In this document: piece by piece, positions 14,608 to 28,090 of the stretch | How positions within the stretch are numbered: position 1 is the first letter of the stretch | How the letters are laid out: each line of letters opens with the position of its first letter | Origin: the human T2T-CHM13v2.0 reference genome, Homo sapiens | Assembly (NCBI RefSeq): GCF_009914755.1 | Contig: NC_060926.1 | Length of the DNA stretch: 64,000 nucleotides | Strand: one strand, 5' to 3' | Program-made: the position numbers and the translations under genes | Notes under the pieces: generated by a model | The model's database searches: none | The model's input: only the letters and a program-made list of their open reading frames with translations | What the model was told of the DNA's origin: nothing

Positions 14608-15645
14608 TTTCTATAGTTATTTTTGGCTTCTCTTAAAACAATATCTAGATTGATACTCTAATCCATAAGTTCTTTTAACTTTTTCTGGACTGGATTATTA
14701 CAAATAAAAAAATACCAATATATTGGTTTGTTTAGATTGCTCTTCAATCAATACAATACCTTAATCTAGAATGGCCACAAAACAGTCGTAGAAGTCAGTT
14801 TTCAGATTGTATATGTGTGAACCTTCTCCTTCATAGTCATGCAAATGTTTTTGTTTTGTTGTTCAAATTTCCTTGTATTTTGCTGGAATTTTACTTTTGT
14901 TTCATATTTATCATGCATCTTTTTTATTTAGAATAACAATTTTCTTTAAATCTTTAGATATATTTGTAGAATCCATTTAAAAGTGAAATAAAACTTAGAT
15001 CATGGTTTTGTTTTTTTATTTTTCAGTTAACATTGTTTACAGCAAGCTGTAGTTCATAACAAGTAACTGAATGATGAGATTTAAAATTAATTTCACATTC
15101 TGCCAAAGACTGAGATTTGCTCTTTGAGGATTTTCTATGGTTTTGCTTAGCTCTATTAATGTATTTCATATCTTGCTTAATTAAATCTAATTGCTTTGAC
15201 AGTGTTTCATTAGAATTTCCATTGTGTACCTAAGCGTGTTGTAAGGTCAGATTTGGTGTGTGTTTCATCATGTTCCACCTTTAGAGAGATATAGAAAACA
15301 ATGTAAATAATACTTGAATTGTTCCAAGGAATACCATTGCTATCAGCACAGGTAAAGCTGACATTTCCTTGTTAAAATTCAAACTACAGTTCAAAGAATG
15401 CTTCTATATTTTCAACCAGAATTCTGGATTGCATACCTTTTTCTTTAACAACCTTATTAACATCATTATCATAGGCTTACCCTCAATAATCTTTTAAATC
15501 AATGGCTAAAATTTAAAGCTGTGTCTTTAAGACAAAAGCTGCATTTTTCGAAAGTGTAAAACCAATAAAATACTTATTAATTTCAAGTTCCTTGTTTTCC
15601 TCTCCAGATAGTTTAACAATGAGTATCATAAATGTGAGTCATTCA

Positions 15646-15973
<328 letters not shown>

Positions 15974-16632
15974 CTAGCTAGTTGAACTGAATAATATTTG
16001 CTTTTTTAAATGTTAAATATTGTTATCATTTTATTATCCTTTAATTTAATAATCTCTTTTAATTCTCAATCCTCAATAGAGATCATTTGTGTGTGTTTTT
16101 AATCTCTTTCATGTTTGATCACCCTAGCAGCAAATTTTTAAGTCATTCATACAAAACCCAGAAAACTTCATTGTTTTCCATAAAGAATGTATTATTAAGG
16201 CTATAAAAGCATCATTTTGTTTGGCTAAATAACATGTTTCTTTTAGGAATATTATGGCAGATGTTCTTTATTGGTGTTTACTTGTCTTTGCTGACTACTA
16301 CTCATTGTCTGCTGTTTATTAACCTTTTTTTCTCAAACAATTGATTGTGTGCTTTTTGTGTGTGCACAGGGATTTCCTCTTCTGGCCATAATACATTATT
16401 TAACCAAAGCTAATCTTCAAGATTGGTGATAATTGGTATAGAATTCACAAAATATTTTGTATTGAACTTAGCATATAAAAGCCAGTTTCTATGACATCTT
16501 TCCCAGTTAGAAGAGTTTTGATGTAAAATGGAATACTGGATGTCCTACCATGTTCATCCAATAATTGTAACCATTCACTTGGATGGGACTGTGTTTTGAG
16601 GACACAGTCTCCTGCTATAAGAAGGCCATTTT

Positions 16633-16920
16633 GGTTGGGTGTAGTGGCTTACACCCGTAATCCCAGCACTTTGGGAGGCTGAGGCAGGAGGATCACCTGA
16701 GGCTAGGAGTTCGAGACCAGTCTGGCCAACATGGTGAAATCCCACCTCTACTAAAAATGTAAAAATTAGCTGGGCGTGGTGGCACATGCCTGTAATCCCA
16801 GCTACTCAGGAGGCTGAGGCTGGAGAATCGCTTGAACCTGGGAGGCGGAGGTTGCACCACTACACTCCAGCCTGGGTAACTGAGCGAGACTCCATCTCAA
16901 AAAGAAAAAAAAAAAAAAAG
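16633..16920 (+). mobile_element. Alu (S-like) with a small right-arm deletion
   Basis: Full dimer; TSD AGGCCATTTT. Confidence 0.95.
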
Positions 16921-17412
16921 CAGGCCATTTTCCTGAATCAGCCTCCCACAGGTACAGTAAAGCCCCCAAGGTTTCAGTTTCATCTTTCTCCTCCCATTGG
17001 GCTAATTTCACGAATGTAGCTTCCTTTGTGTCTCCCAGGCAGGCACAAGTTGCATCCATCTGTGGCTTCTGAATTGTGAATTTGATATGAATAATTCCCC
17101 TTTACATTCTCATTGTTTTGATCACTAATTAGATCTACATTAAGTAAACAATCTGTAAGGTCCTGTGTAAAGATTTTTTGTGGGCTAGTCCAACAAATGC
17201 CTACTCACTTTTACTATTTCTCCAGTGTTTGCAGTGTTAAGCAGATTACCTCACTGATTTTGTTTCTTTTCAGCTTCTGAACTTCACCCTATTTTATCTT
17301 TTTATCCCAATCTTGACTTATATCCATTTCTCAATAATAAAGAGGATTAAAATGTGATTGAAATTTGTCAATATAAGTATATTTCATCAAATACATAAAA
17401 TTTTTACATATA

Positions 17413-17757
17413 TGTATTAGTCCATTTTCACACTGCTGTTAAAGACATACCCAAGTCTGGGAAGAAAAATAAGTTTAATGGACATACAGTTCCACGTGGC
17501 TGGGGAGGCCTCACAATCATGGTGGAAGGCAAGGAGGAACAAGTCACTTCTTATGGATGGCAACAGGCAAAAAGAGAGAGCTTGTGCACGGGAGCTCCTC
17601 TTTATAAAACCATCAGATCTCATGAGACTTATTCACTATCACGAGAACAGCACGGGAAAGACTTGCCCCATGATCCAATAACCTCCCACAGGGTCCCTTT
17701 CACAACATGTGGGAATTCAAGATGAGATTTGGGTGGAGACACAGCCAAACTATATCA
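17413..17757 (-). mobile_element. THE1-family LTR
   Basis: TGTATTAGTCCATTTTCACACTGCTG...ACACAGCCAAACTATATCA. Confidence 0.9.
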
Positions 17758-17901
17758 CAATATATTTTTAATTTATTTTAATAGTCTTTTAATACTTAAA
17801 ATTATCTATGAAAATTAAAAGGCAGATACAAATTATAATTAATGAATATAACTTTTAAATAATGGTGACATTTTAATTTAATTTCCTGGAAATTTAATTA
17901 G

Positions 17902-18214
<313 letters not shown>

Positions 18215-19446
18215 ATCCTTTAATTTTAAGTTGCAATACAGCATTGCAATTCTAGCATCCAAAATCTAACTGGTTGGTTGCCTTCTGAAGTAAAGAATGG
18301 ATGCTATGCCTCACACATGTTATATGGAGATGTACATAGATACAAATTAAGAGTAACATCAGTTGTTTGGTGTTGCAAATATTCGTCAGCCCTTGGATGC
18401 ATTTGTTGCAAATATCACACAGGTTCCTGAATAACTCCAGCACCAAGAATTTGAAGTTGGAGAAAAGTAGGAAATGGGATACTTAGCACTTCTGGAAAAT
18501 ATTTAGTAAGAATCTATAGCATTTATATTACCTGAGATGAAAGTTTTCAAAAGTTTATTGGTAGTTTTCTTTTCCCTACCTGTGTTTCTAGCACTGAAAT
18601 CCTCCCTGAACTTGGATCAGTGTCATCTGATAACTGTAGCAACACAGCCCACAAACATACTTCACATGGGAACACAGATACCTTTCATTTCTAGGACATA
18701 CCACTCGGGACAAGTGGAGAAGCATTTACTGGAGTCTGAATGGTGTTACAGAGCAAAAGTTTAGGGTTGCAGGTCACTCCACACCATTGCGAAGTGCCAC
18801 ACACCTGAATGGCATTTTCTGCATGCTCATCACAAGTGGGCCTTCTAGAGCCCTCCTGCCCTAGCCCCTGGCCTCACCTCCTTGACAAGAAAGGCACTTT
18901 CTTATCTTTCCCAAGAGAGCCCCTTCCTAGGCTTCATCCCTCCATGCCCTAACACAGCATTTTTCAAGACACCTCCCCTGGGAGTCAGAGGCTCTGAGGA
19001 TCCACTTGAAAACCCTACCTACCCATCCCTATCTGCAGCCTGAGCCTCTCTGCCCTATTTACTTTACCTCAAGAATATTCACCCTTCCATATCAATTAAG
19101 AGGTTGTCACTGCACCAAGGTTCTGCTCTGGCATTTTGGCCAAATGGAGCCAGACCAAGCAACACATGCAGACTGACAGCCAGGTAGGCTAAAGATTTCA
19201 TGACTCTTCATCCAATGTTGTGTTGTTGTTTTAATATTCAGAATCAGTGTAGCACAAAGCTTAAAAAATGGAACCCTGTTGCTCCACTGCCTGGGTTGGA
19301 ATTCCGACCCGGACCCAAGCTGTGTGACCTGAAGTCAGGTTCCGTATCCTTTCTCAACCTTAACTTTCTCCTCTGTAAAGTGGGAATACCACACAGCGTT
19401 GTTGTGAGTCATATAAGCAATGACATACATAAACTACCTGGGCTCT

Positions 19447-19782
<336 letters not shown>

Positions 19783-19788
19783 CTACTC

Positions 19789-20083
19789 TTTTTTTTCTTT
19801 TGTGAGACAGGTCTCATTCTGTCACCCAGGCTGGAGTGCAGTGGCACCATTCTCAGCTCACTGCAGCCTTGACTTCCCAGACTCAAGCAATCCTCCCACT
19901 TCAGCCTCCTAAGTAGCTGGAACTACAGGCGCACCCCACCATGCCCGGCTAATTTTATTTTTTGTAGATACAAGCTCTCATTATGTTTCCCAGGCTGATC
20001 TTGAATTCCTGGACTCAAGAAATCCTCCCATTTCTGGGCCTCCCAAAGGGCTGGGATTACAGGTGTAAGCCACCATGTCCAGC
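19789..20083 (-). mobile_element. Alu (J-like)
   Basis: Reverse Alu, tail-to-tail with the preceding Alu. Confidence 0.93.
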
Positions 20084-21131
20084 CTCCTTTCATTATTTGT
20101 TTGACATTTGGTTACATATTTAGAAACAATCTTATTTTACAATAAAATGTTATACTTCTTTCTTTAGGCTTAGAACATGATATTTATCATAGGTAATTTT
20201 CCAAACCAATTTACTGGGGAAAGTGGGGAGCATAATAAAAGGTCTTAATTTTGCATAATAAAGTATATCATTTGTAACTAGCATATATATTGGGCCAACT
20301 TGTCACAGAATTGCAGCAACTGCAAAAGCCAGCATCAAGCAAATAGCAGCAGCTGGACTCAGAGTTACCAGAGTGGCCTATAAACGTGTCATGCAAAAAA
20401 AAAAAAAAAAAGTCATATTTGCATGTATAAGTCAACTGGCAGTATATTCCTGATGTGGTCCACCAATGTCTGGATGCCCCCTATAGACTGGCACTCCAGC
20501 TGATTGAGACTGCCAGCCACTCACCTTGCCTGGTACCTGGTTTTTCTCATGGCCGCTGCCCTGGGCAGCAGCTGCCCACAACCCAGGGGCTGGCATTGAC
20601 CACACCAGTATCGTCTAACAGCCTACAGCACCTACATGTCTTTTTCTTCAGAGCTGTGTGCCTCCTGAGTCCTGTCACTAAATCCCAGTTTCTAGCGCCT
20701 CCGGTCTAGGTTTGCTTTGGCTGGTTGTTGTTTTTTCCAGACCTACTCTGAAGCCACTGAGAACATATGCTTACAGGTCTACAATATCAAAATACCTCAA
20801 GTGTACAGTAACACTCAAACTTGCCTTCAAGAAAAGGGAGCCTTGTTCTCTCAGCAAGCCCTGGGCCCCAGTGCTGGGATTTGTCTCCACAGGACGTCAA
20901 ATAGGTCAGTCTCATCCATTTAGTGCAACAAAAACCAGTCAAACCAGTTGTTTGGCATCATGTCGACCAAGCACAAATAAACTAGAAAACAGATGGTGAC
21001 CAAAAGAAAGAGAAGCTACACATTTGCGTAAACTGTGGGTCCTATTATCTCTGAGAGACATGGGGCACATTAAAATTTAGGCTATGTCTAACCAGTTTCC
21101 CCAATCAAGATTACAGTGGTTTCAACCTTGT

Positions 21132-21436
21132 ATGGGGGTGATGAGGGCTAAGCTCTGTATTCTACGCGCAGCGTAGGAGTTCACTCAGCCCCAGCCACAC
21201 AGCTAGTGCCTTCCCTCTGCAAACATTCCACAAATGACCATAAACATCCCACAAATGACCATTTCCATGTGAGCTTTTTAACATTTGGCCTCTCAAGCCT
21301 TAAGAAATTCTCCACTCTTCAATTTCTAAAAGTAAATCACATTTGGGCATTTTACAGAAGGTCAAGAAGTTTTGCCACCTACATCAAAGACATACATCTT
21401 TCCTTCCCTCCTCTTACTTTTGAAATGATAGCCAAA
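21132..21436 (+). repeat. 305-bp direct duplication, copy 1
   Basis: Aligns without gaps to 23435-23739; 14 mismatches counted by eye. Confidence 0.95.
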
Positions 21437-21889
21437 TTGAGAGGAGCCCTTCAAAGTCTTCACAATAAGTCTTGCACAATAAGAAAAGGTTCTCTGTGTG
21501 ATCACTTAGCAAACAATTATCCATTTCCTTCTCTTTGTCCCAGATTTAGAGCCTAAAAATTCATCTTTTGTTTGATATTTATTTTGAGATGAAAGAATAC
21601 TAGATAAAGATGTATTCTCTGATTTGCTAACATGCAGACAAAGTTTTCCCCATATTCGTCCAGTTACTGAAAGGGAACCCTAATCCACATGCTATTATTT
21701 TCCATCAGTGGACTTTGTCCTTCATCTATCTCCTTCTTCCCTTCTTCCTCCCACTTAGTCTAGACATGCCTCTTTTAAATGATCGACATGGTTGACAAAT
21801 TTCCATGTTATTTCTTTGAAAAAGAATTGTTTCTCTTTGTTATATACGTAGAAGAAGATTAAAGTGTACAACTTATCAATGTTTCCTAC

Positions 21890-22243
21890 TGTATTATTTC
21901 GTTTTCATGCTGCGGATAAAGACATACGCAAAACTGGGAACAAAAAGAGGTTTAATTGGACTTATAGTTCCACATGGCTGGGGAGGCCTCAGAATCATGG
22001 CAAGAGGCAAAAGGCACTTCTTACATGGCAGTCGCAAGAGAAAATGAGGAAAATGCAAAAGCAGAAACCCTTGATAAACCCATCAGATCTGGTGAGACTT
22101 ATTCACTATAAGGAGAATAGCAGGGGAAAGACCAGCTGCCATGATTCAATTACCTTCCCCTGGCTCCCTCCCACCACACGTGGAAATTCTGGGAGATACA
22201 ATTCAAGTTGAGATTTGGGTGCGGACACAGCCAAATCATATCA
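21890..22243 (-). mobile_element. THE1-family LTR (THE1C-like)
   Basis: TGTATT...ACAGCCAAATCATATCA; perfect TSD CCTAC. Confidence 0.92.
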
Positions 22244-23434
22244 CCTACTGAATTGCTATTATTGCATGCAGTTTTTTTTTAGTAGTTATCACATTCCAAG
22301 AGGAAACACTGTCACTATTCATAAATTTACCACACACTCAATTTATTTCTCCCATATTTATTCTACTAAATCTTGAATAAGTGACATTAACTTTTTGCCT
22401 AATTTTTCTCCCTTGAAAACAAATTGTGTCTAGCTTGAGTTTTGTCTTCCAAATCTCCACATTCTAAATCCTCATCCATCTGCCTATAATGAATAGTACT
22501 TATGCTCCCCCCACTTTTTGAGTGTCTCTTTCAAAAAATCTTACCAGAGATACAAAACATTAACACAATGTTTAAACCTGCTGATGTGGAACAAGCATGA
22601 ACTTTCTGTTCAAACGCACTGCACAGAACGAGCCTCAGTCTTCTCACATTTAAAGCAGTCAGATTCATTAGACTTGAGAGACAGTCTCTGAGTTCCTCTG
22701 CTACTCAAATTTTTATTTATCCTTAGTCATTCTCACAGGACAAAGGCTGCAGGAACCTTCTGGTAGAAAGAAACAAAGACAGGAGAAATCAACAGAGACA
22801 GAAATGGAACAGTAGCAAAAAGGAAGCTGTCCCAGATCCAGGCAAGAAAGATGTCTCAGCCAGGGCAAGCCCCATCTGGGGAAAGGAGCTCTTGTCCTGT
22901 TGGTTCCTCCCAGCCACAAATACCAGCACACGTGTACACTCCACATAGACAAACCCCACTCTGCAGATACACACACACCGCACACATACACAGCATCAAC
23001 ATCCACACAAAGAGCTGGCTATGGCTCCTTCTCTCGAGTTGAGCCTGTATTTGACAACTGTTGAGGAGGCGGAAGCTGGGGGTGGCCAATGAATAAGAAA
23101 ACAAAAAATGAGCTTTGTGTGAGAGTTCACTGGGATCTTACAAAATGTCTTTTTAATCCTGGAACTATTTTCTGTTGTGTGGGAGGAGAGGAGCAAGGGT
23201 GATGCCTGGAGATGGAGGTCTTGAGGAGGACGTGTGCAAGTTCCTAGGGAGGGCAGAAATCAAAAATGAAAGTCAAGGTCGGGTGGATGACACAGGGTAG
23301 AGAGCCAGTGAGTCTTCACAGCACCCTGGAGTCAGAAGGATCTGCTGGTTCTGCTCAAGGCTGGGATGCACTTTACCTAGATCCTGGAAAGCAACATAAA
23401 TCACTGCCTTGACTGGCCACAGCTGACCATGGGG

Positions 23435-23739
23435 ATGGGGGTGATGAGGGCTAAGCTCTGTATTCTATGCACAGCATAGGAGTTCACTCAGCCCCAGCCG
23501 CGCAGCTAGTGCCTTCCCTCTGCAAACATTCCACAAATGACCATAAACATCCCACATATGACCATTTCCATTTGAGTTTTTTAACACTTGGGCTCTCAAG
23601 GCTTAAGAAATTCTCCACTCTTCAATTTATAAAAGTAAATCACATTTGGGCATTTTACAGAAGGTCAAGAAGTTTTGACACCTACATCAGAGACATACAT
23701 CTTTCCTTCCCTCCTCTTACTTTTGAAATGATAGCCAAA
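23435..23739 (+). repeat. 305-bp direct duplication, copy 2
   Basis: Aligns to 21132-21436; also seen as the near-identical ORFs at 21206 and 23467. Confidence 0.95.
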
Positions 23740-24676
23740 CCCCAGCGGTTTCATTGCCTGGGAGAATGCTGTGCCACACACAACATCTGTAAGTAGTTAA
23801 TTTTCCAAATGGGAGATGGTCACCACAGATGCAGAACTTTTAAAAATAAACATCAGAAAAATATTACTCCAGCAAAAATGAAAGCCTAGAATCCACGTGA
23901 GTGGGTGGGAGGTAGCTGGCGCAAGGTAGATCAAAGCTGCATCCTAGTCTGCCTGGCCATGCAAAAGCAAGAAAAATAGAACCACAGAACTTCAGAGCAA
24001 AAAAAAAGAAGGACCTTTGGGGGGTATCCTAGCTCCCATATAATAGGGAAATTAAGGCCTGGGCCAGGAAGTGAGTGCCTATCTGTGTTGGACTGGAGCT
24101 CAGGCTGAGAGCTTTCTGCTCTAGAATAAGCCTCATTTTTATTAGGGTATCTTAGCTTTTTCCCTTTTAAGAAAAATAAAAATCCTCTGACTTAACCACG
24201 GCCTTTAGCCCCTACATGGGGCCCTTTTGAGGTGGGCGGGGGACTCTGGTCCTGGCCTCCTGAGATGGGTGTATCCCCTACCTACACCCCTCATCATGCA
24301 TGCCCTGCATCTGGATGGCAAGCCATGAGAACCCAGGACACTGCAGAGGCCAAGGCTAGAGCAAGACTGACAAAGGCCTAAGAGAGGGAACTCCACTTGG
24401 GCAGCTACTTCTTATCTATTTTATGGAATGAGGTGGCCAAGCTTGAGAATCTTGTGCCCTGAGACTAAAGAAAGCCTGATCACTGTGACCAGCATGAGTT
24501 ATAGAGAGGTTGGGGCAGGGCAAGCTGGACATCCAACTGCACCCACATCCTCCCACAACCATTCCTCTCCTGCCTCAACATGAGACTGGTGCCTCTGGAC
24601 AGGAGCAAAGTGAGGCACAAAGTATGTCCCCTACACACAGACAGGCACAGAATAGGCATTCAGTAAACCATAGTTC

Positions 24677-24981
24677 AGCCAGGCAGGATGGCTCATGCCT
24701 GGAATCCCAGCACTTTGGGAGGCCAAGGCAGGCGGACCACCTAAGGTCAGGAGTTCAAGACCAGCCAGGCCAACATGGCGAAACCCCATCTCTACTAAAA
24801 ATACAAAAATTAGCCGGGTATAGTGGTGGGCACCTGTAATCCCAGCTACTCAGGAGGCTGGGGCAGGGAGAACTGCTTGAACTCGGAAGGTGGGGGTTGC
24901 AGTGATCCGAGATCACACCACTGCACTCCAGCCTGGATGACAGAGTGAGACTCCATCTCAAAATAATAATAAAATAATAAA
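24677..24981 (+). mobile_element. Alu (S-like)
   Basis: Full dimer with an (AAT)n tail. Confidence 0.95.
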
Positions 24982-27387
24982 CTGTAGTTGTTTCGGCTTG
25001 GAGTGAAATGGAAGAAATATGAGGGACAGATAGCACATTTAAAGGGATCTATTGTTCCAGCCCAGATGAGCCCCTGGACATTCCTGTGTGTTATGCTTTA
25101 CCAGGTGCCTTATCACTGCTTTATCCATCTCTTCCCTACAGGTGGTTTTCTGCAGGGAGGCTCCAAAAGACAGAAGCTGAGTTCTGCCAGAAGAAAAAGG
25201 GAATGGAATATGTAAAAGAAAAGGATAAAAGAAAACTGGGGACAGACAGGCAAGGCTAGTAGGGAAGGGGGAGTGGGGTCTCTGGGGAGAAGAGAATCCT
25301 CAACCTGGGAAGAAGGGGAGGCTTGAAAGCAGAGGGGAAAGCTATGGAGGTCTGGAGGGCAGAGGAAATCCCAGATGTGGTGGCCAGCAGGGGTCGCTGA
25401 TGCCCCACCAACAGCCTTAGGGCTGGGGAAGACTCAAAGGGAGGAAGATTTTCAAAAGCTCAAGTGGGCTTCACTCCCTCCCCTACCCTCCACCGTCCCC
25501 TCTGCCCCAGACTCTTCCTTATGGCATTGAGGTCTCTCTTCTAGGGTTCTGGAGGTTCCTTTCCCTGTGATCCTTTTCCTGAAAGTGAGCAAGATAGCCT
25601 GGCCAGGCAGCCCTGGGGGTGATGGAGGCAGCAGGTGGGGAGAGGCCTCCTGGATTTGCCCTCCAATGCTGCTCCCATGGGCACCCATGGAAATGGGGGT
25701 AGGAGGGCACCTCTGACCACAGGCTGCTGATGGGGTTGGCGCAGGCAGAGGAAGGGAGGGAACTGCTCTTCCTGGCTATCCTTGTCAAATAGCAAATTCA
25801 GAGCAGAGCCACAGCGAAGCCTGGAGGTAGAGGAATGCCCCCCGGCCAGCAGTGGTTCAGGGCCGTGCTTAGGAGCACCAAACCTGAGCCTGGGCGCTGC
25901 ATGCTCCGAGGGCCAATCCCAGCACACACTGTTCCCCCACTGTCTGAGGCCCAGCACCTGTTGTCTAGAATCAGCGTCTACTTGCCTCTAGGCAGACACC
26001 CTGACCAATTCTCTACCCTCCTTGGCTTCTCCATTTTCAGTTCTGCTCCTCAGACACCAAAAGCTCCTATCACTACAACCTTCCTCATATTACCTTTTCC
26101 AAGATTCTGGCTTAGCCAGTATTAGTTACAGTTCAGGTCAATCAATGTCCTTCAAGAAGAGTTTAGGAAGACCTGTGTGTCCCAAGTCCTAATCACATCT
26201 CAGAATGGTTCTGCCACAAACTCTGAGATTCTTTCAAAAAGCATGTATTGATCTGCTCTTGCTTTCCTAGGGCCATAAAAGAGGCAGGCTTATGGAACCA
26301 AGTATGTTGCGCCTCTGAGCTAATGGTTCCATCTTTGGAGGCCACTCCTCAGGGTAGTTCTTAACTGACAGATGACCCCCGACATTAGAAGAGATGCCAG
26401 CAGAGTCCAGACCTGGGGTAGGACCCTGAGCTGTTTATCCCCAACAGTCAGAAGGAAGGCTGCACTGTCCCAGGGGCACCCAGCCTCCAAATGAGCCTCA
26501 AGGAAGGGTCTGGAAGGCCAGACAATACTATGGTCAGATTATGGACTTGGGAATTGCTGCAGATGCCATTGGGGGTAAGGAAGATTAGGAAATTCTGGAA
26601 CTCAGGAGCTGCCCAGGCAGCCAGACTGCCTCTGACACACCCAGTCCTCATTTGGATTTGAGGAAAGGAGACTTGAGCGCAGGAGAAAGGCACCCAGGAG
26701 CCTGTGAGTCGTGCCTAAGCCTCTGGATCCCACATCTGAGGAAACAACTTAATGTAAGCTTTGAGTGGTGCTACCACCGTCGCCTCTGAGGTTTAACCGA
26801 GGCGCGATTGTTGCTGATTGAAAACATGAGACCTAATTCCAGCCCCCTCCTCCCTCCAGTGGCAGGCGGAGGCTCCACATCCATTTCCTGCCTTGGTCAG
26901 AACTGGCTCCGGAATGGGACAGGGCTGCCTGTGGCTCCAGCTGGGGGAGGCTGAGGTGAATAAAGACAGTGATGGAGAGGGATCCAAGGGAAACCAAGGA
27001 TGGATGTGAAGAGCTGATGCCACCTGCCACCCATCCAGGTGGAGTCCTCCCAGACTCCAGGCTCATGCCAAGGGAGGGTGTAGGTGGTTGCTAGTGTAAG
27101 CTAATCCTGTGTCTGTGATGCCGAAAAAACTATATAAATGCCCATCACCTCTCTGGGGACAGCCCTGCTCCCCAGCCATTCCCTATAAGAAGCTGCCCTT
27201 ATACAACCACTTTCCCCCAGTCTTGGAGATGGTCAGCTCTGCAGAGCTCACAGAGAAATCAAAGATATATAGGGTGTTATTAGACGGATCCTAGCAAAGG
27301 GCAGGTTTAACCAATGCCCTCACATTTTATAACTGAAATTCAGAGCGGTTAAGCAACCTCACAGAACAAGATCTAGTCTGCAACTCT

Positions 27388-27682
27388 TTGCTTCTTATTT
27401 TTTGGGAAAGGGTCTCACTCTGTCATTCAGGCCAGAGTGCAGTAATGCAATGATAGCTCACTGTAACCTCTAACTCCTGTGCTCAAGTGATCCTCCCACC
27501 TCAGCCTCCCAAGTAGCTGGGACTACAGGTACATGTCTAGCTAATTTTTTTTTTTTTTAAGAGACATAGTCTCACTATGTTGCCCGGGCTGGTATTGAAC
27601 TCCTGGCCTGGTCCCCAAGGGATCTTCTCGCCTTGGCCTCCCAAACTACTGGGAATATACACTTGAGCCACCGCACCCAGCC
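27388..27682 (-). mobile_element. Alu (J-like)
   Basis: Reverse Alu; TSD TAGTYTGCAACTCTT. Confidence 0.93.
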
Positions 27683-27807
27683 TAGTTTGCAACTCTTGAC
27701 TCCTGATTCCTGAGTGCTCCTTCTCTGACACCAGAATTTTCCAGAAGGTCTCCGAAAGAGGTCAAGAAATAAGCAGCTCTGATCAAACTATTAAAAAATC
27801 AGCTTCA

Positions 27808-28090
27808 GGCCAGGCACAGTGGCTCATGCCTTTAATCCCAGCACTTTGGAAGGCCGAGGCAGGCAGATCTCTTCAGCTCAGGAGTTCAAGACCAGCCTGG
27901 CCAATGTGGTGAAACTCTGTCTCTATTAGAAATACAAAAACTAGCTGGGTATGGTGGCACATGCCTGTAATCCCAGCATGCGCCACCACACCCGGAGTTC
28001 TGAGAATTGCTTGAACCCAGGAGGCGGAGGTTGTAGTGAGCTGAGATCATGCCCCTGCACTCCAGCCTGGGCAACACAGCAAGACTCTGT
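27808..28090 (+). mobile_element. Alu with an internal inverted self-copy and no A tail
   Basis: Alu dimer; 27976-27995 is the reverse complement of 27945-27964. Confidence 0.92.

Noticed and set aside
20395-20411. Orphan poly(A) runs here and at 54476-54502 as retrocopy tails
   Set aside because: No recognisable mRNA or SINE body and no TSD could be identified.
21132-23739. Direct repeats as the LTRs of a small provirus
   Set aside because: No TG...CA termini, primer-binding site, polypurine tract or outer TSD, and the interior shows no gag/pol similarity.
21206-23796. Two similar ORFs (116 and 109 aa) suggesting a tandem gene pair
   Set aside because: Similarity comes from the 305-bp DNA duplication; substitutions look neutral and there is no recognisable domain or gene structure.
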